From IMG/VR virus record IMGVR_UViG_3300032030_002802, positions 64,001 to 128,000 of that record: 64,000 nucleotides of DNA; one strand, 5' to 3'. A model generated the notes under the pieces. It was given only the letters and a program-made list of their open reading frames with translations, had not been told where the DNA came from and made no database searches. Below, one piece after another: positions 1 to 10,214 of this stretch. How positions within the stretch are numbered: the first letter of the stretch is position 1; every line of letters begins with the position of its first letter. The stretch comes from a virus. Lineage: Duplodnaviria > Caudoviricetes. Position numbers and translations under genes: made by a program.

Positions 1-652
1 GGTACCCGCCGCACTCCTCGTCAGTTCCGGGATCCGTCTCCCAGTCGCAGCCTTCCTCGGTGCCGCCGTCGTCGTACGTCTTCGTCCAGTGCCTGCCGTG
101 GCGCTCCGACCACCCGTAGCAGCTTCCCTGCTCGATGAGGTTCATCTCGTCGACCTCCTGCTGTGCCAGCGGAAGCAGGGTGAGCAGCCTGAACTCGCCC
201 TCGTCGGCCGCGGGCCGCCACGGGGCGCCCCAGTCGTCCGGGTCCGTCGGCACGTGCATCCAGCGCTCGTCCCCGTGGAACGAGCAGAACCGCCTCTTGT
301 CCACGTACAGGTAGGCGGCGCCGTACGTCGTGTCGTACGTGCCGGGCCTGGGCTTCTCGTTCAGCTCGCGGGCGAGCGAGAACACAAGCCCGCTGTGGTC
401 GTAGAGGTTGACCGCGAACACGAACAGCCCTTTCCTCGGCACCAGGTGCCCGTTCGTGTCGCGCTCCAGCAGGAACGGCCTCTTGGCCCCCGGGTCGCTG
501 AAGTCGTAGCGCGCGTGGTTGCCGAAGCGGACGAACACGTGGTCGCCCTGGTTCAGCCGGCCTCCGACGTACCTGTCGCGCCACACCACGACGCACGTGT
601 CCGACCCGCAGCCGTCACGCTCTCTTATCGGACGCATTTTCCTGATCAGCAT
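1..652 (-). CDS. Hypothetical phage protein, 3'-truncated by window edge
   Basis: Frame not in ORF track. ATG at 652 after GGAGAG RBS reads MLIRKMRPIRERDGCGSDTCVVVWRDRYVGG... and stays open to position 1. Confidence 0.7.
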   Translation of the reverse strand, partial: MLIRKMRPIRERDGCGSDTCVVVWRDRYVGGRLNQGDHVFVRFGNHARYDFSDPGAKRPFLLERDTNGHLVPRKGLFVFAVNLYDHSGLVFSLARELNEKPRPGTYDTTYGAAYLYVDKRRFCSFHGDERWMHVPTDPDDWGAPWRPAADEGEFRLLTLLPLAQQEVDEMNLIEQGSCYGWSERHGRHWTKTYDDGGTEEGCDWETDPGTDEECGGY

Positions 653-1319
653 GTGTCTCTCCTTGTATTGTCTCGACTGTCGCCCGCGTCCCGGCGCACG
701 CCTCACGTATCCGCCTCTCGGCCGAGTCGAAGAACACCGGCTCGGTCTCGCACCCGACGTAGTCCGCCTCGACGTCGAGGCAGGCCAGCGCGCACGACCC
801 GCTGCCCATGAACGGGTCGAGCACCGGCAGGTCGAAGACGGGGCCGACGTACTCGCGCAGCAGCCAGCGGTACAGGGCCACCGGCTTCTGGTGCGGGTGG
901 ATCTTCTTGTGGCCGGTCTCCTCGCCCATGCGGTAGCCGTCCCACCCCAGGCTCACGAGGTTGCACGGCACGCGGTACGAGGTTCCGGCTATCTCGCACT
1001 TGGAGTACCTGATCACCTGGTTCTGGTTCGACATCTTGTCCCACACGACGAGGTAGTTCGTCGGCGGCAGTACGTCGGTGAAGTAGTTCCAGCCCCAGAC
1101 CACCCAGTCGCGCGACACCCGCATCATCTCGGAGAAGAACTCCGCCGGCGGCCGCCTGTTCATGTACGCGCACCCCCGGTACTTCATCCTGTGCCGCCAG
1201 TCCCGCTTCTCCCAGTCGCGGCCGATGCCGTACGGCGGGTCCGCGATCGTGACGACGGACCTGTCGGGGAGCCGCCTCATGTAGTCGAGGCAGTCCCCGC
1301 GATATAACGTCAGCTTCAT
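615..1319 (-). CDS. DNA amino-methyltransferase (N6-adenine/N4-cytosine, beta-type motif order)
   Basis: LYRGDCL start, catalytic ADPPYG, HPHQKPV, SAM-binding VLDPFMGSGS. Confidence 0.93.
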   Translation of the reverse strand: MKLTLYRGDCLDYMRRLPDRSVVTIADPPYGIGRDWEKRDWRHRMKYRGCAYMNRRPPAEFFSEMMRVSRDWVVWGWNYFTDVLPPTNYLVVWDKMSNQNQVIRYSKCEIAGTSYRVPCNLVSLGWDGYRMGEETGHKKIHPHQKPVALYRWLLREYVGPVFDLPVLDPFMGSGSCALACLDVEADYVGCETEPVFFDSAERRIREACAGTRATVETIQGETHADQENASDKRA

Positions 1320-1320
1320 C

Positions 1321-1686
1321 CTAGTACCAGTCGATCATGATGTAGTCGTACTTGTGCTCCAGCGCGGCGTTCAGCCCCTGCTCTAGCACGTCCGCCGCCG
1401 CCTCGCCGTGCGGGGAGCCGTCGTCGGTGGCGACGCGTCCTGGGTTCTTCCGCAGGTCTGCGATGAGCTTACGGATCTTGTCGTAGTTGTGCGGCTGGTT
1501 CCCGTCCTTGTCCGGCTTCTTCCGCCCGTCGTACGGTATCTCGATCTCCCAGTGGTCCGCGTCCTCGGTGTTGACGAACTCGTCACCGCTGGACGAGACT
1601 TCAAGCCCGTGCCTGGTCAGGTAGTCGTAGAAGGCGTCCTGCACCCAGTCGGATATGCAGGTGCCGTATTCCGGCTGCCTTGTCAT
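1321..1686 (-). CDS. Hypothetical protein
   Basis: Tightly packed ORF (MTRQPEYG...) with phage-like codon use. Confidence 0.7.
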   Translation of the reverse strand: MTRQPEYGTCISDWVQDAFYDYLTRHGLEVSSSGDEFVNTEDADHWEIEIPYDGRKKPDKDGNQPHNYDKIRKLIADLRKNPGRVATDDGSPHGEAAADVLEQGLNAALEHKYDYIMIDWY

Positions 1687-1729
1687 CACGTGTCCTCTTC
1701 TTCCCATTTGGCTCTCCCTGTTTTAGCTG

Positions 1730-2842
1730 TCACGAGAGCACCACGTCGTAGTGCTCGCGCATGTCCTCGCGCGACTCGTATACGGACAGCCTGCCACCGT
1801 CAAGCACGACGTACCCGCCCACGCGCACGCCTCCGAGGCCGGGTATGTTCAGCATCCCGCTCCGTGGGCATGTCGACCACTCCTCGCACGGGACATTCGC
1901 CAGCTCCAGTATGCGCGCCACCTCGGCTAGGTTGTCGAACGTCCAGATGGCCGGCGCGAGGTGGCGCCCCCGGATCTCGCATGCGAGGCACACCGCGTCC
2001 TTCCGGCACAGGCGGAGCAGCCCGTCACCCCGCATACTCCGCCTCCCGCACCGCGACGGTGACCCTGTCGACCGGCGTGACCCCGTCCTCCTGCATCCTG
2101 ATGGCAAGCTCGAACATCCCGTGACGCCGGATCCGCCGCAGCACGCCGAGGCGGTCCAGCCTGCGCCTGACGCGCCTGCCGCCTGGCCCGGCGACCGTCC
2201 TCGTCAGGTCTAGCACCGGTACGTCCAGGAACTTCGCACGCTCGAAGACGACGTCGGCGAGGTACTCCTCGCACTCGCGCCTTACCGGGAAGGCGCGGTA
2301 GCACCCGAAGTCCTCGTCGTAGTTGTCAAGCCACGCGGCGACGTACACCTTTTCCGGGGGCGGGTACCCTGGCGATGTCGTCGAGGCACATCCGGACGTC
2401 GTGCGTCCCGATCTCCTGCGCTTCGCCCCTGACGTAGGCTTCCCTGCCCCTTGCGATGATTTCGTCATACTTCAGCTCCTTGTCCGACTCAACCGTGACC
2501 CGGGACTCGACCGTCTCCGTCACGTGCACGGTGTACCTGTACTTCCGCCTGCTATTCCCGCGTCTTGCCATCGCCGCCCCCCTTCCTGCCCACCGCGGCC
2601 CAGACTGGGCCGTCGATGAGCCTGAGCACCGCCTCCAGCCGGTCGCGGTCGAGGACGGCCACCAGCGACTTCTCGTCGAGCGTCGAGTAGTGCAGCCCTC
2701 CCCGGAGCTCGCACTTGTGCAGGCACAGGCACGGCATCCCGTCGACCTCGTTGACCGACAGCGAGTATCTCCCGTCGTACGTCGCCCCGGCGGTCGTCAC
2801 GGTGCTGCTCGTGATCCTGCACCGGCGCTCCCCGTCAGCCAC
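1730..2842 (-). CDS. Cluster of about 4 small hypothetical genes (1730-2035, 2025-~2400, 2326-2571, 2552-2842)
   Basis: Overlapping stop/start junctions. Start of the second gene is uncertain. Confidence 0.55.
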
Positions 2843-3506
2843 GGCGTCCCGCTTTCCCGTCGATGCGCGCCCAGTGCGTGCATTCCTTGGCGCACTTCGG
2901 GCAGTGCAGCAGGTTCTCGTACACGTCGAACCGGCACCCCTCCCTCTCGTACTTGTGTATCTCCTGTCCGCACCGGTCGCAGTAGTACGCGTCCTTACCG
3001 TGGAAGCGCGCCTCGCGAGAGTGGCACTTGCCGTCCCACTCCTCGAGGATGTGGCTCACGACGGCCCACACCTCGTCGAGGTTGAGGATAGCCGGACCGA
3101 CCTTCATGCGCGTGATGTCGAGCCACTCGCGGTCTAGGTAGATCCAGTAGCCGTCAGCCGACCCGCTTCCGAGGATCGTCTCCGGGTTGCAGCACATGTC
3201 GTTGTAGATGTACCCGACCGTGCACTTCGCGAAGTTCGTGCGCACCTTCTCGTGCCAGTCGGCCACCGGGATCTTCGCGACGAGGTCGTTCGGGCCGTAG
3301 AACCCCCTGGAGTACAGGATGTCGCAGTACCCGAAGTACGTCCCGAACAGATTCAGGTAGGCGTCGTCCTTGCAGAGCCACCCGACGAGCGCCTTCTGCT
3401 CCGCCTTCTCCTGCTTGGAGTAGACGCGCTTTCCGCCACGCCACTGCGGGACAGACACGCCGAACTTCTCCTTGACCTGCGCGGCCAGCTCCCTCTCACT
3501 CGCCAT
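2835..3506 (-). CDS. Hypothetical protein with C-terminal Zn-ribbon
   Basis: CDRC...CPKC pairs; GGAGG RBS. Confidence 0.7.
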   Translation of the reverse strand: MASERELAAQVKEKFGVSVPQWRGGKRVYSKQEKAEQKALVGWLCKDDAYLNLFGTYFGYCDILYSRGFYGPNDLVAKIPVADWHEKVRTNFAKCTVGYIYNDMCCNPETILGSGSADGYWIYLDREWLDITRMKVGPAILNLDEVWAVVSHILEEWDGKCHSREARFHGKDAYYCDRCGQEIHKYEREGCRFDVYENLLHCPKCAKECTHWARIDGKAGRRG

Positions 3507-3774
3507 CGGACTGCCCTCCTCCCGTCAGGTGGCCCTGCACTGCGTCCACGAGCTTGCCGAACGTGTCGATTGACTCGGCCTCGTCCAGCTCGACCGAGAT
3601 GCCGTACTGCTCCTCCATCGCCATGACCAGCTCCACGCGGTCAAGCTCGTCCGCGCCGAGGTCCACCGTGAGCGACGCCTCGTCCGTCACCTGGTCCCGG
3701 CTCACGCCGAGCTGCTCGCATACTATCGCGCGCATCTCGTGCGCGAGTTCCTCTCTTGTCTTCTGCTTTGCCAT
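3496..3774 (-). CDS. acpP: Acyl carrier protein homologue; attachment Ser replaced by Glu
   Basis: IVCEQLGVSRDQVTDEASLTVDLGADELDRVELVMAMEEQYGI matches the ACP pattern (DLGADSLDxVELVMALEEEFGI) except S->E. Confidence 0.9.
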   Translation of the reverse strand: MAKQKTREELAHEMRAIVCEQLGVSRDQVTDEASLTVDLGADELDRVELVMAMEEQYGISVELDEAESIDTFGKLVDAVQGHLTGGGQSDGE

Positions 3775-3823
3775 TTCTTTTCCTTCTCTGCTGTTGTTGT
3801 CATGTTGTTGCCATAGCCTGCCG

Positions 3824-4680
3824 TCATTCCGGCCTCCCCCTTACAGGGTTGCTCCATTCGGACTCCCGCACGTGCATCCCGCGGAGCACCTTGCGGCCGA
3901 AGTCCACCACGCTCATGCGCGCGGCCCATGTCGGCGCTTCGCCGCCAGCCCATCTGGCCGCCCAGACGTCTCCGTCGAGCGGGCACCACCTGCCGCGGTG
4001 CTTGAGCAGCACGTCGAACCCGTCGGGGTCGTCGTCCAGTATGAACCTGCCGATGTCGCGCGGCAGGGAGACCGGCACCAGGTCGGGGTGCCTCTGCCCG
4101 AGCTTGCGGTACGGGGCCACGAAGTACAGTCTCTCAGAGCTTGCCGGCATTGCGCGCCTCCGCCCATTCCTCGTCGCGTATCGGGTCGCGGCCCCGCAGC
4201 TCGTTGTCCAGGTATTGCGCGAACGTGAGCAGCGCGCGCTCCTCGTTTACCGCCATCACCGGCATTTCGGCGAAGTGCGCGTAGGCGTCGCGGCCGTCTT
4301 TGTCCCGCACGACCAGCGCCGGCATGAACGTGTGCAGCCCGTCCGCGTCAGGCGGGCACGACCGCAGGTGCTCCATCTGCACCAGCAGGGCCGGCAGTTC
4401 GTCCGGGTCGTTCCGGCGTTTCGGGGCCTTCGGCCATGCCGGCTGTTGGATCTTCCTCTTTGCCATTTGCGTTCTCCGTTTGTTGCATCGTCTCTGGGGG
4501 GACCATGAGCGTCTTGCCCCTGGTCTGCTCGGCGAACAGGTACTGCAGCATCGCGTCGGCCTCGGCCGCGTTCTTCGCGCGGAACAGCAGGTCCAGCGGC
4601 TTCCTGTTCATGTGCGCCCGGTACAGCCCCCGCCCGTTGACGACGGGGGCCTTCTCCGGCCTGAACACTATCTCGGTCAT
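3824..4680 (-). CDS. Three small hypothetical genes (3824-4150, 4134-4466, 4348-4680)
   Basis: Coupled ORFs in the same operon. Confidence 0.55.
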
Positions 4681-5888
4681 CAGTCTGCCCAGAATCGGGT
4701 TGCGGAGCTGCTGCGCGTGTACGAGAGGAACTCCTGCTCCGTAACGCGGCGCTCGAGGTCCTGCACGATCCGGCGCATGTCGCCGGAGTTCTGCGCGCTC
4801 TCTTGCGCGAGGTCGACTCCGACGTACGTCGAGACCTGCGTGCCGGCGCCGTCCACCAGGCTCCCGCGGGTCACGCCGAGCTCCTTCTCGAGCTTCTCGA
4901 GCGTGAGGTCGTCGGTATCGGTCTTCCAGTCGCAGATGTAGTACAGCTTGCGGCTGTTCTTGATCAGGCCGAACAGGATCGGGTCGCGGCGCTTCTCTCG
5001 CTCTTTCTTCTCGGCCTCCGCGCTGACGGTCTCGGCGACGGCGGCGGCCTTCTGGATCATGTCGCTGTAGTGCGCGACGACGTAGTTGTCGAACACCATG
5101 AGCTTGTCGGCCGCCAGCTTCTTCTCGACGACCTCCTGCGGGATCTCGTCCTCGTAGTACCGGAGGAAGTCTACGACCGTCCCGCGCTCGGACTTGCGCA
5201 GGAAGTCTACCATCGTCTCCTCGGTGACGTACTCCGTGAACCCGGCCGCGCACACCGCCGCCTCCTCGACGAGGATGGTGCGGAGGGCCTTGACCGAGTC
5301 GGCCCGCTTGTACTGGCCGGCCGCGCGCATCCCCTCCTCGATCGACAGGATGTGGGCGAGGCGGACCTCCAGCTCGGGAGTGGACGTCAGCTCGATGTGC
5401 TGGAGCAGGTCGCCCATCGCCACGTGCACCGGCAGGATCTTCCGCTTCCTGCGGCTCAGCGCGTTCTTGAGCCTGTCCATCCACGTGAGTTCGCGGACGT
5501 ATTTGGCCTGCTTCAGCACGGCCTCGTTCACCTCGCGCTCGTGCTTCCCGCGGATGTCCCAGCGGTCGTCCTTGACCGCCTTGTCCATCGCCATGAGGGC
5601 CTTGGCCCTGGTGAACTCCTCCTCGTGCTCGGCGTCGGTCCTGTCCGGCATCTCGCGCCTGATGCGCTCCCGCAGCTCGTCGTCGGAGTAGTCGTTCCTG
5701 GAGATGTGCAGGTCGTTCTTGACGGCCTCCCACTCCTCCTTGAAGCGCTTCCACTTGGGGAGCTCGGTCTCGATGTTGAAGTCCTCGAGGACCCGCAGGC
5801 GGATCTTCCCGCCCACCTCTATCAGCGAGGGGTGGTCCTTGTCGGTCACCACCGTCTTCGCTTTCTTCTCCTTGGCCTGTTTCGCCAT
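4680..5888 (-). CDS. Uncharacterised phage protein, paralogue of 21446-22678
   Basis: 402 aa; AAGGAG RBS; shared FLRYY / FDNYVV / RRDPILFG / LYYxxDW / DDLTLE motifs. Confidence 0.85.
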   Translation of the reverse strand: MAKQAKEKKAKTVVTDKDHPSLIEVGGKIRLRVLEDFNIETELPKWKRFKEEWEAVKNDLHISRNDYSDDELRERIRREMPDRTDAEHEEEFTRAKALMAMDKAVKDDRWDIRGKHEREVNEAVLKQAKYVRELTWMDRLKNALSRRKRKILPVHVAMGDLLQHIELTSTPELEVRLAHILSIEEGMRAAGQYKRADSVKALRTILVEEAAVCAAGFTEYVTEETMVDFLRKSERGTVVDFLRYYEDEIPQEVVEKKLAADKLMVFDNYVVAHYSDMIQKAAAVAETVSAEAEKKEREKRRDPILFGLIKNSRKLYYICDWKTDTDDLTLEKLEKELGVTRGSLVDGAGTQVSTYVGVDLAQESAQNSGDMRRIVQDLERRVTEQEFLSYTRSSSATRFWAD

Positions 5889-5953
5889 TTCAGTCTCCTT
5901 GTCTCATTGCACTGCCTGTCCCGCGTCCGGCGTCAGGCGTCAGGCGTCAGGCG

Positions 5954-6505
5954 CTACCATCGCGTCACCCGCACCTCGGAGTAGTTTCGGAAGCGCAGCC
6001 TGACGATGGCCTTCGCGCACTCCACCGCGTTCCGCTCGCTGTCCCAGCGGTGCGTCATGGAGCCGACGCGGTAGCCCTCCCAGTCGGTCCGAGTGTCTAG
6101 CAGGTCGGCCGGCGTCACGCGGCGCCTGACGTCCATGCGGACGAGGCCGAACAGCGCGCCCGTGTCCGGTCCGCCCATCGTGACGGCCCCGTCCTCCAGG
6201 CGCAGCGACAGGCCGGTGAACCGTATCTCGCAGTACCAGTGGCGGGCGCCGACCGACACGCCCCTGAACGAGCTGGTCGATATCCTGACGGCGCGCGAGC
6301 CCGTGACCACCTCGTACCCGCCCGGGTGCCGCAGCCCGGCGAGCTCGTCGAAGTCGATGATCCGCGGCAGGTGGTCCATGCCGCACGTCACCAGCTCGGC
6401 CGGGTCGTGGAGGTCCGGGTTGTACCCGCTCATGCGGCACGCCTCGTCCAGGTCGATAGACCTCGGGTCGACCGTCCCGTCCTTGCGGAGCCTGTACTCG
6501 CTCAT
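5954..6505 (-). CDS. Hypothetical protein
   Basis: MSEYRLRKDG..., start overlaps the MTase stop (ATGA). Confidence 0.7.
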   Translation of the reverse strand: MSEYRLRKDGTVDPRSIDLDEACRMSGYNPDLHDPAELVTCGMDHLPRIIDFDELAGLRHPGGYEVVTGSRAVRISTSSFRGVSVGARHWYCEIRFTGLSLRLEDGAVTMGGPDTGALFGLVRMDVRRRVTPADLLDTRTDWEGYRVGSMTHRWDSERNAVECAKAIVRLRFRNYSEVRVTRW

Positions 6506-8031
6506 GCGGTCCCCCCTCCGGCCTTCCCCGTCAGCAGCCCGAGCGTGGACAGGCACAGCGCCTTGGCCGTCATGGCCGGCACGCTGTTCCCGACCTGCTT
6601 GGTCTGCTCGGTCTTGGTCCCGCACAGCACGAACCCGTCCGGCAGTGAGTGCGCGCGGGCCAGCTCCTTCGGCTTCAGCATCCGCATGTAGATGTCGATG
6701 CGCCGCCCGTCCTCCAGGACGGGCAGGGCCATCATGTGCTGGTCCTTCAGCGTCACCGTGTTCAGCGGCTGCCCCGCCCCGCGTATGATCCCGCCGTTCG
6801 CGTTGTCCACCACGATCGGCCGGAACATACGCATGCACGTCCTCACGCACGCCGTCGGTATCGGCCTGCTCGCGGGCCGGCACGTCGACCCGCCGTGCTG
6901 CCCGAGGACGAGCGTCGCGAGCGAGAAGTGGTCGTGCGTCGACACGGTCCTCATCGGCCTGTCCGGCGCGTACGCCTTCCCGTGGTTCTGGTGGTCGCAC
7001 ACGAGCGAGCAGACGGCGTGGTGCCCCCCGCCTGCGGATATCGTGGTGAGCGGGTCGTCCGCCGGCGCCACGGTGGCGTTGTGCCGCAGCTTCGCGATGA
7101 ACGGCCTGGCCTGCACCAGCGCGTGGTGGTTGCCGCCCGCCGTCACGGTCGTGAGCGGGTCGTCAACGTCCTCGGTCGTCGCGCCGCGGTTGAGCTTGAC
7201 GATGAACGGCTTGAGCGGCCGCTCCTTCCCGCACGCCCTCACGAGCATGTCGGTCGTGATGTCCAGCCCCCAGTACTTCCGGGCCCCTGCGGCGAGCCGC
7301 GCGAGCGTCTTCTCCTTGAGCGGGCGGTCGCGGCCGAAGATCGACTTGCCGAGGTCCGACAGGTCGAGGCACTCTCCGGCGCCTCGCCACTGCTTCCTGC
7401 CCGGCACGTGGTCGCCGTACGTCGGCTCCGGGAAACGCGGCGGCGGGAGGCCCACCTTCGTCGCGATGAGGAAGAACCTCCTCCGCGTGGTCGGGTCCCC
7501 GTAGTCCGCGCAGTTGAGGATGCGCCACTCGACCTGGTAGCCGAGCGACTCGATCATCTTCACCCACGCGCGGAACGCCTCTCCCTTGCGCTCCTTTATC
7601 GGCTTGCCCTCCTCGTCCAGCGGGCCCCACTCCGTGAACTCCGGGACGTTCTCGACGACAAGCGTCAGCACGTTGCAGTCGGAGAGCCACGTGGTCACGT
7701 AGGCGGGCTGCGAGCGGAGCTGGTCGTTCCTCGGTCGCCCGCCCGCCGCCCGGCTGTGGTGCGTGCAGCTCGGGCTCGCCCACAGCATGTGCACGGTGCC
7801 GTGCACGAGCTGGCCCGGCACGGCCTCCTCTATCTTGCAGTCGAGGGTGGTCACGTCCGGGAAGTTCGTCCGCATGGTCTTCACCGCGATCGCCCAGTGG
7901 TTGATCGCGAGGCCCGTGTATGTCAGGCGCAGCTCCTTCACCGCGTCGTGCATCCCGCTCATGTTCCCGCCGCACCCGCAGAACAGGTCGACGAAGTTGA
8001 CCTCGTCCCCCGGCAACAGCAGCGGCATCAT
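6502..8031 (-). CDS. dcm: DNA (cytosine-5) methyltransferase with repeated variable region
   Basis: Motif I FVDLFCGCGG, IV WASPSCT, VI ENVPEF, VIII TRRRFFL, X QVGNSV. Confidence 0.93.
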   Translation of the reverse strand: MMPLLLPGDEVNFVDLFCGCGGNMSGMHDAVKELRLTYTGLAINHWAIAVKTMRTNFPDVTTLDCKIEEAVPGQLVHGTVHMLWASPSCTHHSRAAGGRPRNDQLRSQPAYVTTWLSDCNVLTLVVENVPEFTEWGPLDEEGKPIKERKGEAFRAWVKMIESLGYQVEWRILNCADYGDPTTRRRFFLIATKVGLPPPRFPEPTYGDHVPGRKQWRGAGECLDLSDLGKSIFGRDRPLKEKTLARLAAGARKYWGLDITTDMLVRACGKERPLKPFIVKLNRGATTEDVDDPLTTVTAGGNHHALVQARPFIAKLRHNATVAPADDPLTTISAGGGHHAVCSLVCDHQNHGKAYAPDRPMRTVSTHDHFSLATLVLGQHGGSTCRPASRPIPTACVRTCMRMFRPIVVDNANGGIIRGAGQPLNTVTLKDQHMMALPVLEDGRRIDIYMRMLKPKELARAHSLPDGFVLCGTKTEQTKQVGNSVPAMTAKALCLSTLGLLTGKAGGGTA

Positions 8032-8183
8032 CGTCCGTCCCCCTGGCCGGCGTCCGGGTCGGCGTCCGGGTCCGGCGGCTCGGAGTATGCGCACGTGTCG
8101 CAGAACACCCTGTCGGGGTACTGGACGTCGACGCACAGGCGGCCGCCGCAGACCGGGCACGGCCGCGTCAGGTAGTCGGTCAT
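8028..8183 (-). CDS. Small Zn-ribbon protein
   Basis: MTDYLTRPCPVCG...CDTC. Confidence 0.55.
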   Translation of the reverse strand: MTDYLTRPCPVCGGRLCVDVQYPDRVFCDTCAYSEPPDPDADPDAGQGDGR

Positions 8184-8587
8184 TTCGCACCGTCTCCCAG
8201 CAGGCGCTTTGCCGTCTCGCCCAGTCGTCCGGCCTTGGCCTCGGCCAGTATCCATTCGCCCCTCGCCTCGTCGACGAATTTCTGCAGCCCGGCCCACGTC
8301 CTGACCAGCCGCGCGCCGCGGTCGCGTCCAGTGATGGCCGGGACCACAACGAACATGAGCGAATGCTCGGCGTGGCGGAACGGCGGCGTGCGCATGGTCT
8401 TCACCCACGGCGGGCTGAAGTCGCCGACACGGCGGAACGACGGCCTGCCACGCTCGTCGGCCGACCCGACGCACCAGCGCGCCGCATCGCCGTGCACGTA
8501 GCACGCCTCGACCTTCCAGCCGTACCGCTGCAGCTCCTCCAGCAGCAGCCTGTGGCGCTTGTGGCGGCTATTGCGCTTCATCGCCAC
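8180..8587 (-). CDS. Hypothetical protein
   Basis: Coupled ORF with GGAGG RBS. Confidence 0.6.
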   Translation of the reverse strand: MAMKRNSRHKRHRLLLEELQRYGWKVEACYVHGDAARWCVGSADERGRPSFRRVGDFSPPWVKTMRTPPFRHAEHSLMFVVVPAITGRDRGARLVRTWAGLQKFVDEARGEWILAEAKAGRLGETAKRLLGDGAK

Positions 8588-9209
8588 CTCCTTTCACCAG
8601 CCCCCTCGCGACCCACTCGCGACCCTTCTCCGTCAGCCGGCAGACCTTGATGACCATGAACCCGGACTGTATCAGGCGCACCGGCTGCGGGTCGATTATC
8701 CCGGCCTCGGCCAGCGTCCTTAGGCTCCCCTCGCTCTCGGCGTAGTCCTTGACGGCGATCGTGGAGTCCGGCAGCCGCCGGCCGGGGTCGGCCGTCAGGT
8801 ACGCCCAGAGCCTGCCATTCTCCAGAGGCCTGGCGGACGCTGATACTGACGCCCCGGTGCATATCGCCTGGATCGCGACGTTGTTGCCCTCCGCGTACCG
8901 TCTCACGGCGAGGCGGCAGTTGGAGCAGAGAACATGGCCGTACGGGTCAAGGACGTCCACCAGTTCCGGTATCCCATCGTCAGGCTTCGCCGGCACGCCG
9001 CCGCACTCGAGCCCGTACTTGTCCGCGTAGTCCTGGAGCAGCTCGCGGATCCGCGACACCGCCGCCTGGCTCTGCACTGGGTCCGGCGTCCCGTGTAGCT
9101 GTTCCGCGTCGTCGACCGCGTCGATGATGCCGATCACCCGCTTCAGCATGTCGAGGCATTCCGACACGGCCGCCGAGTGCCCGCAGTCGGTGCATTTCCT
9201 GTCTGCCAT
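8568..9209 (-). CDS. Hypothetical protein
   Basis: MADRKCTDCG...; AAGGAG RBS. Confidence 0.65.
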   Translation of the reverse strand: MADRKCTDCGHSAAVSECLDMLKRVIGIIDAVDDAEQLHGTPDPVQSQAAVSRIRELLQDYADKYGLECGGVPAKPDDGIPELVDVLDPYGHVLCSNCRLAVRRYAEGNNVAIQAICTGASVSASARPLENGRLWAYLTADPGRRLPDSTIAVKDYAESEGSLRTLAEAGIIDPQPVRLIQSGFMVIKVCRLTEKGREWVARGLVKGGGDEAQ

Positions 9210-9220
9210 TTCGCTCTCCT

Positions 9221-10212
9221 TTAGATTCCGCCAACGATTTCCCGGATCTCGTCGATGCACGCCGAGGGCTCGAAGCCCTCGTCGTATTCCGGGTTGGGGT
9301 TGCCGTCGTCGTCAGCCTCGAAGTAGCGGCGCAGCACGGCCTTGATCCTGTTCTTGAGCCCGTTGTAGTCCAGCTCCTCGGTGTAGTCGGTGGTTTCAGG
9401 CATCTTTCGCCTCCTTTTTGTCCGCCTCCGCCGTTATTGACTCGGGCGCGACGGCGTTGTTCAGTATCTCCGCGAGCTTGTCGGAGGGGAACCCGGACGG
9501 TATCTGGCGAAGCTTGTGCCCGCAGTGCGCGCAGTACACGGGGTCTTCCGCGACGCCGCGCACCTCTATTTTCCTGATCTCCGTCCCGCAGTGCGAGCAT
9601 GCCCGTATCATTCCGACCCCGGAGCCCTGCGCGATCTTTATCCCCGTGTACGTCATTGTTCTCTCTCCTGGGCGGCCCAGTCGGACGTACCGGCGAGCTC
9701 GCGCTTCGGGTTGTCGATGTCGTAGCAGGTCGCGATCGCCTCCTCGGCGTTAGGCGCCTCCACCGTCGCGGAGCAGTCGTATCGCTCCGTCCACGTCACT
9801 TTGAATTTTGCCATTTTCGTTATCCTTCATGGTAGACTGTGAAGTCCCCGATGTCCCGCTCGAACTCGTCCATCGGTATCAGCGCCCCGCTCTCGTCTGT
9901 CACGTAGTCGATCTCCACGTGGCCGTCGCTGTCGTTGCCCCAGCCGAGCGCCGGCCATTTCCGGCACTCGTCTGGAAGGCACGTCTGTATGTCGCCCCAG
10001 TGCTCCGGGCAGGCTAGGTCCACCGGGATGCGCCTTCCGTCGACCAGGTGCAGGACGCACGCGTACGGCGCCCTGGCCTGCCTGAACGTGACGCTCATCG
10101 ACTGGGACGGGTAGGCCACGATCTCTGCCGTGTGGCTCCCCAGCCTCCTGGCGACACGCACGAGGGCGTCGTCCCAGAGGACCAGGGTGTGCTCGTCGCT
10201 TATGTGGTCCAT
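9221..10212 (-). CDS. Four small hypothetical genes (9221-9403, 9396-9656, 9653-9814, 9820-10212)
   Basis: Coupled ORFs. 9653-9814 (MAKFKVTWTERYDCSATVEAPNAEEAI...) is not in the ORF track. Confidence 0.6.
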
Positions 10213-10214
10213 GG

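Noticed and set aside
5929-5952. GGCGTCA x3 tandem repeat
   Set aside because: Too short and spacer-less for CRISPR or iterons; no further support.
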